In this document: in pieces, positions 50,410 to 60,301 of the stretch
How the letters are laid out: the number at the start of each line of letters is the position of its first letter
Position numbering within the stretch: position 1 is the first letter of the stretch
NCBI GenBank assembly: GCA_963730605.1
Contig: CAVSSM010000001.1
Span: 384,001 to 448,000 of the forward strand
Direction of reading: 5' to 3'
DNA length: 64,000 nt
Source: an uncultured Chlamydiae bacterium
Lineage (GTDB): Bacteria; Chlamydiota; Chlamydiia; Chlamydiales; SM23-39
Notes under the pieces: model-generated
The model's database searches: none
Seen by the model: only the letters and a program-made list of their open reading frames with translations
Told to the model about the DNA's origin: nothing
Translations under genes and position numbers: made by a program

Positions 50410-50728
50410 CTATATTAATTTAATTTGAGCTTAAGCAGCTTTCGATCCAGCCCCCCCCGAACCTAGCCCACAGCTCTCTTAACGCATCCTGAGCCGAATC
50501 TAGGCCATTGTTGGCGATTCCATTAGAGAGGAGGCGCTGGAAGCGGACGATCTTTTTTATAGTGAAAACAGGCAGTAAAACTCATCCGTTTTCTGGTTTG
50601 CCGGCTTGGAAAGCCAGACACGGCATACTGGCTCTTAGTTTTCGCGCGGATCGACATAAATTGTTTGAGTGCCCAAGCTTTCAATAATTTTTATGATCTT
50701 TTTGATGTGTCAACAATAAGGTGATATG

Positions 50729-51643
50729 GAGCCTATCTCCTACTCATTAACCTAATCCAAACAAAACACATTCTCTCACCCAGTAAAGTAATACGCCGAG
50801 CATCAAAAAACCTTCCCAATATCTCATTCTTCTTTCCCATCGCACAACCAATCGTCGGTATTTTCGTTGTAACCACGAGATTCCTCGCTCCACTTTCCAT
50901 CGGTGGTTTTCTAGGACTTTCGTTTGTTGTTCCGCGTTGTCCCGTCCCATTCTTCAGTGAGAGATATACGGAAATAACTTCATCGCCAAAATTTGCAACC
51001 GCAATTCTTCCGCATCATACCCCTTATCTGCTTCCACGATCGGTGTTATTCCGCGTGCTACGAGAGGCTTTAGCCACCCGCTGATTTTTTTTTATCAGGG
51101 GAATCACCTCCTTTCGTTCATCACCGGCAGCCCCCGTACTTGTGGTCCTAAGAGGTTGACCTAAACCGTCGACAAGCAGGTGAGTGGTAACGCCTTTTCC
51201 TTTGTAACCATGGTCTACTTTTTCTCCGCCTCCCTTCCCAGCAGAAAAAAAACCATCAATTGCCAATCGGGTTAAATCGATCATTTTCCACTCCAGACAA
51301 ACTTCCTGCAATGCAGCGAGTACGCGCTCTAGAATTCCATTCTCTTTCCACAATCCCAGATATCGATGTGCACAAGATTTCGACGCCCATTGTTCACCGG
51401 TCGGCACGTCGCACCAACGCGCTCCGGTTGTCAGCACCCAAATCAAGGTATTGAGAACTTTTCTTGGATGCATTGGTTGCGTTCCGCTTACTGCTATTCC
51501 CCACGGATAAGGAATCAACGGCTCTATAACAGCCCATTCATGATCGTTAAGTCCTACGAACTTGCCCATCGATACAACTCCTTTAAAATCAGGGCAAATA
51601 CGGTATCACATAAAGAATTTATTTAACAAGGAGGGATAGGCTC
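50729..51643 (-). mobile_element. IS5-family element with a frameshifted transposase (51569..50747)
   Basis: Ends GAGCCTATC; LNDHEWAVIEPL, VLTTGARWCDVP, ADKGYD, RWKVERGISW. Confidence 0.9.
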
Positions 51644-51665
51644 ATATTTTTAAGAGCCTGTTTCC

Positions 51666-52031
51666 CTAATCTCCAAAACTGCGCGCATGTTCAAATGCAT
51701 AATCGATAACTGGTTCTAGATTTTCGAGTACTTCATTGGAATTTTCTCCTCGTTTCAAAGCGTTCTCAGCTTCGCGAAGCGCTTTTAAAAGAAGATTGAA
51801 TTCTTGATCTATCTTCGAGCTATCATCTGGCTGATGAGGGCGATAGATTATTGGCGCTGGTTTGGGCTTCTCTTTGATGAACAGGCTTGCTATGGCTAAA
51901 ACTCCCAATCCAAGTCCTAACCAAGATCCAACCCCCCACGAAGTATCAACAGGCCTACGATCCCATATGTTGATATTTTCATTCACTGTTCCGCTTACAT
52001 GGATATCCTCACGGATAGTCAAATAATCCAT
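51666..52031 (-). CDS. Hypothetical membrane protein
   Basis: One TM helix; GAGGG RBS. Confidence 0.55.
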   Translation of the reverse strand: MDYLTIREDIHVSGTVNENINIWDRRPVDTSWGVGSWLGLGLGVLAIASLFIKEKPKPAPIIYRPHQPDDSSKIDQEFNLLLKALREAENALKRGENSNEVLENLEPVIDYAFEHARSFGD

Positions 52032-52154
52032 TTTCCCTCTATTTTCATTGGACTGATTCGTTTCGTGGACGAAATCATAGACCAGCGAAAGATTTCCGTC
52101 TTGTACGAATTAGTTTTTTAATGTATAACTTAGTTCAAGTAGGATGGTTTTGGA

Positions 52155-52358
52155 ATGGAAATTTTGACCACGAAAGAAGTGTGCGCCCTGCTCAAGACTA
52201 AGCGTCTGTCCCTCTATAAACTTGTGAAGTCAGGCGAGATCCCGGCATTTCGCATGGGGCGCTCTTGGAAGTATGAGCGGACGGCGATCGAGGCCTGGAT
52301 CCGGAAGAAGATGCAACAAAACAATAAAGCAATAAAACAAGTCGTTCCACGTGGCTAA
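52155..52358 (+). CDS. Excisionase-like helix-turn-helix protein (HTH_17)
   Basis: ILTTKEVCALLK..SLYKLVKSGEIPAFRMGRSWKY. Confidence 0.88.
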   Translation: MEILTTKEVCALLKTKRLSLYKLVKSGEIPAFRMGRSWKYERTAIEAWIRKKMQQNNKAIKQVVPRG

Positions 52359-53472
52359 GAAGAAGTCGATAGCTGTATCACATGATGTCGTTGATCGCGA
52401 CAGCTACATCAAGGTCTTTGACCAGCTAAAGTCTGACATCAGGCAAACACAGCTGAGAACGGCCCTTTCGATAACGAAAGAGGTGGTTCTTTTGTATTGG
52501 CGAGCCGGGAAGGTTCTCTCAGAGAAAGTCCATAAGGAAGGGTGGGGATCAAAAACCATGGAGCGCTTAGCTATAGATCTAAAAAGCGAGTTCCCAGATG
52601 TTGGCGGATTCTCTCTAAGGAATCTTCACTACATGCGCAAATTTGCTAAAAGCTACCAGGACGTCAATTATGCAGCAGCTGCTGCACAAATTCCCTGGGG
52701 ACACAATATCCTGCTCTTGGACAGGCTTGATGATCCAGTCAAGCGTCTGTGGTACATCCAGCAAGCGATCGAGAACGGATGGAGTCGCAGCGAGCTAGAA
52801 GCTTGGATTGATTCAAATCTGTATGGACGAAAGGGGAAAGCCATCACCAATTTCAAAAAGACGCTCCCTTCTCCTCAATCTGAACTAGCCGAACAGGTTG
52901 TGAAAGATCCCTATAATTTCGACTTTATAACGCTGGCTACCGCCTACAAAGAGAAAGAGCTGGAACAGGGGATCATGGACCATCTTCAGAATTTTTTGGT
53001 GGAGTTAGGGGATGGGTTTGCCTTTCTTGGAAGACAGTACTGCATAGAAGTGGAAGGTGAGGATCATAAGCTCGATCTCTTGTTTTATCACGTGAAATTG
53101 CGCTGCTACATCGTAGTTGAGCTAAAGGCTACGGCATTCGATCCAAGAGACGCTGGCCAGATGAACTTTTATCTTTCTGCTGTCGATGATCTCCTCAAGC
53201 ATCCAGATGATCAGCCATCGATCGGGATTCTGCTTTGCAAGACGAAAAACAAAGTAAAAGTTGAATACGCCCTCCGAGACATCCACAAGCCGATGGGCGT
53301 CGCTGCATATGAAACTAAAATCGTTTCTTCCTTGCCCAAGAAGTTGAAGGGGACCTTACCTACAATTGAAGAGATCGAGGCCGAACTGTCTGCGGTAAAA
53401 ACGCTAGAGACGCGAGCTTCGGTTCGCAGAAAGCCATCAAAGAAGAAACGGCGCAGGAACCAACCTCAATAA
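52351..53472 (+). CDS. YhcG/DUF1016 PD-(D/E)XK nuclease-domain protein
   Basis: GFSLRNLHYMRKF, IPWGHN, KDPYNFDF, LDLLFYH..VVELK, GQMNFYL. Confidence 0.93.
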   Translation: MAKKKSIAVSHDVVDRDSYIKVFDQLKSDIRQTQLRTALSITKEVVLLYWRAGKVLSEKVHKEGWGSKTMERLAIDLKSEFPDVGGFSLRNLHYMRKFAKSYQDVNYAAAAAQIPWGHNILLLDRLDDPVKRLWYIQQAIENGWSRSELEAWIDSNLYGRKGKAITNFKKTLPSPQSELAEQVVKDPYNFDFITLATAYKEKELEQGIMDHLQNFLVELGDGFAFLGRQYCIEVEGEDHKLDLLFYHVKLRCYIVVELKATAFDPRDAGQMNFYLSAVDDLLKHPDDQPSIGILLCKTKNKVKVEYALRDIHKPMGVAAYETKIVSSLPKKLKGTLPTIEEIEAELSAVKTLETRASVRRKPSKKKRRRNQPQ

Positions 53473-53717
53473 ACGCCTCTATTTTCGACGACCGCGCCTC
53501 GATCCATATCAAGTAGCCATCTCTCTGTTTTTTGAATTTGAGCCTCTCTTTGAGCCGTAAGGCACGACCGCTTCATCGGCTTCTTTAAGAATTAGATCTG
53601 CTCGACCTCGCCAAACGGCCTTAGAATCGATTATCTCAGGTCGCGACATATCAAGTAGCCATTAGGTTAGTCGATCGATTTTTTGGGCTTGCAATTCGTT
53701 AAGAGAAAAGCGCCCCG

Positions 53718-53870
53718 TTAGGAGAGGCGCTCGATTTGTTTGTTTTTCAGATAGCTGTCGATACCAGCAACGATTCCACAAATAGCACACAGGCCAAATA
53801 CAACCGCTACATTAGGTGCGGTAATAGTTGGAAATACTTTGTATGGTGTGAATTGTTCTACGAGAGTCAT
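53718..53870 (-). CDS. Small 50-aa membrane peptide (not in the ORF track)
   Basis: GGGGA RBS; MTLVEQFTPYKVFPTITAPNVAVVFGLCAICGIVAGIDSYLKNKQIERLS. Confidence 0.45.
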   Translation of the reverse strand: MTLVEQFTPYKVFPTITAPNVAVVFGLCAICGIVAGIDSYLKNKQIERLS

Positions 53871-53991
53871 TCCCCCAATTTCTTAGAGCAGGATGTTTTT
53901 CAAGAAATAAGACTATCCTGTTGTCTTCAAAAACATCTTGCTTTTTTACGCTAACGGAATTAACTAAGCTCATAAGAATCACCGTGTTAAT

Positions 53992-54450
53992 TTAGGAAAC
54001 TCCGGATACCTTTGCCGCTGCACAACAAGTCATGCAACCAGCATATCCTGCCGGAGTTAACAAGAAAGCAGTGCAAGTAGCCTGAGCCGCTGCAGCTTTA
54101 GCATCGGCAGCTGCTCCAGTTTGGTCATTAGTAAAAAATTTAATTCCCGCTGTGAGTAGATTAGTCGCGGCCCGCCCACCCCCTGCAATGGGATTGCTGC
54201 AAATAGTAGGACAATCAAAAGCTATCCCTAGAGCTGGTCCAACCACTTTTCCCAATACCTCTACAGACAGTTTTCCATTTTCCATCACTTCTTTTGTCTT
54301 GGTTTTGACAATTTCCGCTCCTTGTTCGCACGTCTCTACGCAGACCCTTTCTGGAGCGTCATCTTTCCCACCGGGAAGAGGTTCGCAAGCCATTTGGCAG
54401 ACCTGTTTAGTTCCTGGATCTCTTGCTTGTGCCACTGGCAAATTCGACAT
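53992..54450 (-). CDS. Cys/Ala/Gly-rich hypothetical protein
   Basis: CQMAC, CVETC, CPTIC and CMTCC motifs; may be 5'-truncated by the IS4 end remnant. Confidence 0.6.
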   Translation of the reverse strand: MSNLPVAQARDPGTKQVCQMACEPLPGGKDDAPERVCVETCEQGAEIVKTKTKEVMENGKLSVEVLGKVVGPALGIAFDCPTICSNPIAGGGRAATNLLTAGIKFFTNDQTGAAADAKAAAAQATCTAFLLTPAGYAGCMTCCAAAKVSGVS

Positions 54451-54469
54451 GGCGTTTTCGGTATAGAAC

Positions 54470-54508
54470 CAGGTGGTTGCACGCTATGAATTTATTTTTT
54501 GTCCAGTA
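54470..54508. mobile_element. Isolated IS4 right-end remnant
   Basis: Reverse complement of 32106..32144 (GGACAAAAAATAAATTCATAGCGTGCAACCACCTG). Confidence 0.8.
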
Positions 54509-54516
54509 CGACAAAG

Positions 54517-56798
54517 GGCAATCGGACGCTTTTAGAACTTTTGATTGGAAAAAATTTAAATGAAAAATTTATAACCATGCCGAAATTGTATTAACTATTT
54601 TAATCGTTTAAATAAAACACAATTAATGATATCGTGCAGATTAAATAAAAAAAGGAGCAGATATATGCAAGCAATTGAAATGAATATTGTACACAACGAT
54701 CTTATCTCTGATACGAGCTCTGATCAGCGCATTGCAGAACCATTGATTGCTACAGAAGCTGGCACATACTCTAAAGCCTCCGCAAGAAGAATAAGAATCG
54801 AATCTCAATCAGCACAATCGAGAATCGAAGATCAAATTGCTTGTGGTGGAGATCTCCCTCTCAATAAGGAAAATGCAAAGCGACGATTGCAGTACTTAGA
54901 TCAAATAATCGCAAAATCTTTTGGCGAATATTCCAATGCTTTAGTATTCATATACACATACGAAAAATTAGCCCTTCATATTTACTTGGGAAATACAGCT
55001 GAAGCAGTAGCTTGTTTATCAAAGCTGCAGGAACTAGAGAACGTCCAACCTTGTTCTGACGATGAGGACGACGTATTTATAGAAGGAAAAACTGCGCATG
55101 CTTTATTAGGTTGGGCAGCAGGCGATGGTACAGCTGAAGTAATGGACCTCGCAACATTCCCTGATCCGGTAACCCTTTTATTGTTAAAAGCAAAAGGCAT
55201 TCCGCTCCCTGAACCATACTTTTCTGTTGATGACTCTTTTACTGGCAACAAAGAAATCGATGAAAAACTTTTTTCTCGCAATTACCAAGAAGCACTCACA
55301 CTCTTAGACAAACAGCTAAAGGGCAACAAACTATTTGTGCTAGATCGAGAGATCTTCTTGCAAGCACGGGGTTTGTGTAAAGCAATATTGGACGATTATG
55401 AAGGAGCGCTTCAAGATTATAATGAAATTATAGATTCTCATCCATCTTTTAATATCCAAGAACTCCCATTAATTCGTGGCTTGATTCATTTCTTAAATAA
55501 CGATCCGGAAAAAGCTCGAATCGATATCTGGCCTCCTCTCAAAGAAGAAATGACACTACACGATTATTTTTGGAAAAAATTTAACCAGATCAATGATAAT
55601 TTGTCAGGATTCGCGATCGTAAAAATTCTCGATCTCTAGCAGTTGTGCTTCATTCCAGATCGAATAGCTCCGACCTCCTGCGCTGGGATACGGGGGTCAT
55701 GTTTGCCCGGAGTTACGTCTTACAGCTGAGCGACAACATCAAGCGAAGCAAGGAACAGGCGGCTAAGTCGGGAGCTTGGATCGGGCAGGCCCCGATTGGT
55801 TACAAACATTCGGTTGATGAGAAGGGCGGCAAAACGATCGTCCTCGATCCCGAAAGAGCCCCTCTCATCCGCAAACTCTTTGATCTCTATGCAACAGGTA
55901 AAACTATTCCCTTCTCGCCCTTAAAGAAGAAGCGGAAAAAATGGGGTTGAGAACGAAAAGAGGACAGAAGGTAGCGAAGTCCCAGATCGATGACATTCTC
56001 AAAAATTCCTTTTACTGCGGCACGATGGAAAGCAAATATGGGACCATCCAACATCGCTATGAGGCTCTCATCTCCCCTTCTCTTTTTCATCAAGTTCAGA
56101 ATGTAACCGCGGGATTCCATAAGAAGCCTTTTAAAGCGCTTAACGAACCCTTTGTCCTTCGAGGTATGGTCACTTGCGCCCATTGCGGCTGTTTGATCAC
56201 TCCCGAGATTAAGAAAAAAAGATACCTGTATTACAGCTGTACCAATGCGAAAGGGAACTGCAACCGGATCTATGTTAGGGAAGAGCCACTGGTCGATTCT
56301 TTGTCATCGTATTTTGACCAAATAGCTTTAAGCCAATCTCAGATCGATGAGGTAACGGGGTATTTGAAAGAGATCCATGACACCGAGAATCGATTCCACA
56401 AAGAGTGTATGGATAACCTCCGAAGAGAACAGGAAAAAATTCAAAAACGTCTCAGCCAGATGTACGATGACAAGCTGGACGGGCTGATCGACGAAGCCAT
56501 GTATCTCGACAAGATCCGGACTTACAAGGCTCGCCAGGCCGAAATCTTGGAAGAGATGGGGCGCCACCACGATGCTGATGAGAACTTCTACGTGACGGCC
56601 AACATGGTGATGAACCTGGCTGCTCGCTCCCGAGAAATCTTCCTGAGTTCTGAAGTGACCGAAAAACGCCAAATTTTAAATTTGGTATTTCAGAACTTGC
56701 AATTGAATGATCAGAAAAACCTGATTCTCGAGGTAAAAGAGCCGTTTTTAACCATGATAGGGATCAAAAACGGCACCATTCGTCCGATTGATTGCCGG
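54517..56798 (+). mobile_element. Degenerate serine-recombinase island (P' arm to P arm)
   Basis: Left end GG|CAATCGGACG, right end CGTCCGATTGATTGCC|GG followed by tRNA-like TGACCGGACTC. Confidence 0.7.
54665..55639 (+). CDS. TPR-containing hypothetical protein
   Basis: [23 protein letters not shown] and [21 protein letters not shown]-like repeats; AAGGAG RBS. Confidence 0.7.
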   Translation: MQAIEMNIVHNDLISDTSSDQRIAEPLIATEAGTYSKASARRIRIESQSAQSRIEDQIACGGDLPLNKENAKRRLQYLDQIIAKSFGEYSNALVFIYTYEKLALHIYLGNTAEAVACLSKLQELENVQPCSDDEDDVFIEGKTAHALLGWAAGDGTAEVMDLATFPDPVTLLLLKAKGIPLPEPYFSVDDSFTGNKEIDEKLFSRNYQEALTLLDKQLKGNKLFVLDREIFLQARGLCKAILDDYEGALQDYNEIIDSHPSFNIQELPLIRGLIHFLNNDPEKARIDIWPPLKEEMTLHDYFWKKFNQINDNLSGFAIVKILDL

Positions 56799-56801
56799 TG
56801 A
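55645..56801 (+). pseudogene. Large serine recombinase, N-terminally truncated and frameshifted
   Basis: [31 protein letters not shown], zinc ribbon CAHCG..YYSC..C, coiled coil; catalytic Ser domain absent. Confidence 0.88.
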
Positions 56802-56937
56802 CCGGACTCACCCTCGGCGGGCGAGCGAAGCGCTCGCCCCGTCATCTCGGGCTCCGATTCGGTCGCCATCGAGACGCCGGTCGCCCTCATTTCTCGTCCT
56901 AAAAACGATCCCCCGGACCGTTTTTTCACCGGCAAAA
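56792..56937. repeat. tRNA-Leu 3'-end-derived structured cassette 2
   Basis: TTGCCGGTGACCGGACTC (18/18 match to the tRNA) ... inverted TCACCGGCAAAA; shares CCCGTCAT(T/C)TCGGGCTCCG with cassette 1. Confidence 0.75.
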
Positions 56938-56978
56938 TTGGGCCGATGGACTAACAGGACAATAACTTCAATTTTGCA

Positions 56979-57025
56979 GGCAATCGGACGTAATCAGAAC
57001 TTTCGACTAGAAAAAGCTCAAAGAA
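56979..57025 (+). other. Serine-recombinase att half-site (P' arm) 3
   Basis: TTTTGCA-GG-CAATCGGACGTAATCAGAACTTTCGAC. Confidence 0.7.
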
Positions 57026-57241
57026 AAGCTTACAATTTTTTTATACAACACACGAACCTATCCTCCAATTCTTAATGATTCATTTATGGTCGATTTTGAG
57101 GCGATTTTTCGTCGTCGACCGCCCGAAGTAAATATCGGGACGGTGATCTTTACGAGGGCGGAGGCGCGAAAAGCGCCCAAAAGCGTGCCGTAAAGGGATC
57201 GTGAAGAATTGGAGGATAGGTTCACCTGTAATATCAAGTAT

Positions 57242-58135
57242 ATGCCTATGGATCAAGCCGATGAGTCGATCTTAGTTCCCTCTTCTCCCTCTTTTGAATC
57301 TCTCAAAAAGCATAACCAGCATGGCATGGAATATTGGAGCGCGCGAGATCTTCAGCCTTGCCTCGGGTATTCTCAGTGGCGTCGTTTTGAAAATGCGATC
57401 AAAAAAGCTATGGAATCTTGTAAACAGTCAGGAAACAACCCCGATGATCACTTTGCCGGCGCCGGCAAACCGATCCCTGGCGGCAAAGGATCGTCTCAAG
57501 TAGTTGATGATTACCATCTTTCGCGCTTTGCCTGCTATCTCATCGCTCAAAATGGAGATCCCAGAAAACCAGAAATCGCCCAAGCCCAAAAATACTTCGC
57601 GATTCAGACCCGCCGCCAGGAAATCTCCGATCAAATGGCTGCCGATATGGAACGGGTTGAGATGAGAAATCAAGCATCAGCGGAGTTTAAAGCTTTGTCT
57701 GGGGCCGCTCGAGAGGCTGGCGTTCAAAACGCTATGTTTGGCATCTTCCATGACGCTGGCTACAAGGGGCTTTATGGTGGATTGGGAGTTGATGCAATCA
57801 AATCTCGCAAAGGGATTGCCCAAAAAGAACAACTCATGGATCGAATGGATACGACCGAATTGGCTGCCAATCAGTTTCGAATGACACAAACGCGAGAAAA
57901 GTTAAAACGGGAAAATATCAAAAATCAAAGAGATGCGATAGAAACTCATGAAATGATAGGTAAAGGGGTGCGTACCCTAATCGAAGAATTTGGCGGCACT
58001 CCTCCTGAACATATTCCTCCAGCTGAGTCCATCAAAAAAATTGAGAAACGATTGAAAGCTACCCAACCTCGATTAACCCTCGATCCTAAAGATACACTAG
58101 GCGTCCAGGATCATTCAGAGATCAGCGAAGAATAA
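57242..58135 (+). CDS. dinD: DNA damage-inducible protein D (BRO-N family)
   Basis: EYWSARDLQPCLGYSQWRRF, LSRFACYLIAQNGDPRK..AQKYFAIQTRRQE, GYKGLYGG, ELAANQFR. Confidence 0.9.
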   Translation: MPMDQADESILVPSSPSFESLKKHNQHGMEYWSARDLQPCLGYSQWRRFENAIKKAMESCKQSGNNPDDHFAGAGKPIPGGKGSSQVVDDYHLSRFACYLIAQNGDPRKPEIAQAQKYFAIQTRRQEISDQMAADMERVEMRNQASAEFKALSGAAREAGVQNAMFGIFHDAGYKGLYGGLGVDAIKSRKGIAQKEQLMDRMDTTELAANQFRMTQTREKLKRENIKNQRDAIETHEMIGKGVRTLIEEFGGTPPEHIPPAESIKKIEKRLKATQPRLTLDPKDTLGVQDHSEISEE

Positions 58136-58174
58136 TTTTGGCTCGGGGAAAACCAATGAATGTGAGACACATTA

Positions 58175-58678
58175 TTAGTGGTCTTCACTCGAATTTATAA
58201 GATCCTTTTTCTTGATGTAAAAGTTAGTTTTTGAGCCACCGCTGTCGTTTAATGTATAAATTCCAAAGTTTTTACAGGCATTCAAACCAATAATTGTATT
58301 TGGAATGATCCTGATTTCGTAGAAATTTCCACAAGAATTCTTCTTATTTATTTCTGCAAATTCTGAATCAGTGGCTACTACTTTGATTGCAGCATTTGAG
58401 TCTAGAGATGTCAATATGTCAGGATTGACGGATTTTAGGAAGGCATCGAGGTCGTTTTTGAGGGTCCTATTTAGTTCCTCGTTTCGGCCCTTGCCAAGGT
58501 TGCATAGAACGCAAAGGGTTTGAAGATTTGATAAGTCGTTTATGCCTCCTTTTGCAACAGGAATGATGTGGTCAACGTGCAATTCGACGCCAGATTTGCC
58601 GCAAATTTTACACGTATAAAGATCTCTCTTCCATACCTCCAGCCGCTTTTTTGGTCCTATGTATTCTCTTTTGCCCAT
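58175..58678 (-). CDS. HNH endonuclease
   Basis: RDLYTCKICG..LHVDHIIPVAKGG..NLQTLCVLCN. Confidence 0.92.
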   Translation of the reverse strand: MGKREYIGPKKRLEVWKRDLYTCKICGKSGVELHVDHIIPVAKGGINDLSNLQTLCVLCNLGKGRNEELNRTLKNDLDAFLKSVNPDILTSLDSNAAIKVVATDSEFAEINKKNSCGNFYEIRIIPNTIIGLNACKNFGIYTLNDSGGSKTNFYIKKKDLINSSEDH

Positions 58679-58729
58679 TCTTCAATATGATTTATATATG
58701 CTAAGAAAGCAAAAAAAGCGCCTTCTTTT

Positions 58730-59072
58730 TTTTGCTGGTGACCGGGCTCCTTTCGCGCGGGCACACGAAACGTGTGTCCCGTCTGGCGAAAGCCGCTTCC
58801 CATACCAACGATGATGCATCGTTCCCGGGCGACGGCGGTGATCCTCAATTTACTTCGACTTGGATCAGGGGAAGGGGCTTCGCCTCGCTCCCTTCCCCTA
58901 GCCCCTTTCCCCGCACGCGTGTACTTCGTCACGCGTGGGACGCCCTCGTGCACGGGCTTCGCCTGTTGCTGCCGGGCCGGCGATCCTCCCCGGTTTTGCC
59001 AAGGGCAAAACATCGGAGAGGATTCGAGTCCAGTACGGAAGCCGCACTGGCGGCTTCCTCACTCGGCAAAAA
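58730..59072. repeat. tRNA-Leu 3'-end-derived structured cassette 3
   Basis: TTTTGCTGGTGACCGGGCTC ... GGATTCGAGTCCAG[hairpin]TCACTCGGCAAAAA, with several GC-rich hairpins. Confidence 0.7.
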
Positions 59073-59074
59073 TG

Positions 59075-59098
59075 AAAAAGCCCCGCTAAAGCGGGGCT
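59075..59098 (-). terminator. Rho-independent terminator of tRNA-Leu
   Basis: Stem AGCCCCGC-TAAA-GCGGGGCT followed by a T-run on the minus strand. Confidence 0.85.
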
Positions 59099-59103
59099 AT
59101 TTT

Positions 59104-59186
59104 TGCCGGTGACCGGACTCGAACCAGCACTCAATTGCTTGAAGTAGATTTTGAGTCTACCGCGGCTACCATTACGCCACACCGGC
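59104..59186 (-). tRNA. tRNA-Leu (CAA), CCA not encoded
   Basis: GCCGGTGTGGCGTAATGGTAGCCGCGGTAGACTCAAAATCTACTTCAAGCAATTGAGTGCTGGTTCGAGTCCGGTCACCGGCA cloverleaf with long variable arm. Confidence 0.96.
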
Positions 59187-59241
59187 TTGAAAATAAAGCG
59201 CTCATGATAGTCCAGATAGCCCTTTTATAGAAAGAAGTCTC

Positions 59242-59420
59242 AGAGACTGTACACAAACTCAGGTGGCAACAAGTGGCTGAGCGAGACAAAGTCAGATCGA
59301 AGGAGCGAAGCTCCAGTTCGAGCGAGGAAGACATTCTTGAATACGAAGGATTCCGAGCGAGAATCGATATGGCAAAGTCGCAGCCAGCCAATTGTCACCC
59401 GAGTTTGTGTACAGTCTCTC
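59242..59420. mobile_element. Palindromic MITE family E (about 179 bp)
   Basis: Inverted repeat AGAGACTGTACACAAACTC(A/G)GGTG; flanked by the 7-bp direct repeat AAGTCTC. Confidence 0.8.
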
Positions 59421-59452
59421 AAGTCTCCGACAATAAAAGGTTTCAAAGAAAT

Positions 59453-60301
59453 TCATGGGGAACCCCGCGGATAGCCTTGGTTCGCCTTGGCCCATTCGTA
59501 AACCACCCTCTCCTTGCGCTCCTTGTCGAAACGAACCTGGAGTGTGATATAGGCGTGCGGATGGCGGTTGTCCTCGTCGCGTCCCTCCTCTTTCCGGAAC
59601 ACCCTGATAAAAATTTCTTTATTCATCCAAGGCTGGATGGCAGCGGCAGCGTCTGATTTGTCATATCGCTTGAATTCAAGGTATTCCCGATCCTTGTTAT
59701 AGAGAGGCGTTTCTTGATAATACTGCATGAGGAGGCCTGCGATCTCCAGCGTTCGGTCTTCCATCCCTTGGACATAAAAATCGACCTCCGCGCCAATCTG
59801 ATGCTTCGAAAAGCGGTTTTCCTTGGAAGCGTCAGAATAGGTATTGTGCTGGGGACACCTATGCCCGCAGGTGACGACCACTCGCTTGCCCGTCTTCTTC
59901 TGGATGTAATTGAGCAGGTCGATCAAAATCGGATAAACCCCCTCCTTGCCGGCAATGATGGGCAGGCCATGGCGGCCGCTCCCCTCGCAGTCTAGGATCG
60001 GCTCTCTATCGACTATAAGGAGAGGCGGATTGACCGGATTCCCCTTGCATCGGAAATATTCCCTCGTGATCCGAGGTAGGTTCGCCTCCGCTTCCCAGGG
60101 ATAGATGGAGCGAGGCGTATGGGCAGGAGCCGCAAGAAGATAAAAACAATCTCCCTGGTTCCGGTAGATCGTTTCGGCCTTGCAATTGCGGCGGCGCAGC
60201 TTCTCTCTCTCAGACTGTTCCAAGCGGCCGCAGCCAAGAGTGAGGCAGATTATTCCAAGATAGACTATAGACCCGAATAGGGAGAGGCGGGAGCCTGTCA
60301 T
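59453..60301 (-). CDS. Conserved chlamydial lipoprotein (CT465-like, peptidase M15-like fold)
   Basis: Lipobox TLGC; ITREYFRCKG, VTCGHRCPQHN, SKHQIGAEVDF; next to the AtoS/AtoC-like pair as in chlamydiae. Confidence 0.75.
   Translation of the reverse strand: MTGSRLSLFGSIVYLGIICLTLGCGRLEQSEREKLRRRNCKAETIYRNQGDCFYLLAAPAHTPRSIYPWEAEANLPRITREYFRCKGNPVNPPLLIVDREPILDCEGSGRHGLPIIAGKEGVYPILIDLLNYIQKKTGKRVVVTCGHRCPQHNTYSDASKENRFSKHQIGAEVDFYVQGMEDRTLEIAGLLMQYYQETPLYNKDREYLEFKRYDKSDAAAAIQPWMNKEIFIRVFRKEEGRDEDNRHPHAYITLQVRFDKERKERVVYEWAKANQGYPRGSP

Noticed and set aside
58657..59656. Several overlapping ORFs on both strands
   Set aside because: They arise from GC-rich structured repeats, the tRNA and MITE-E
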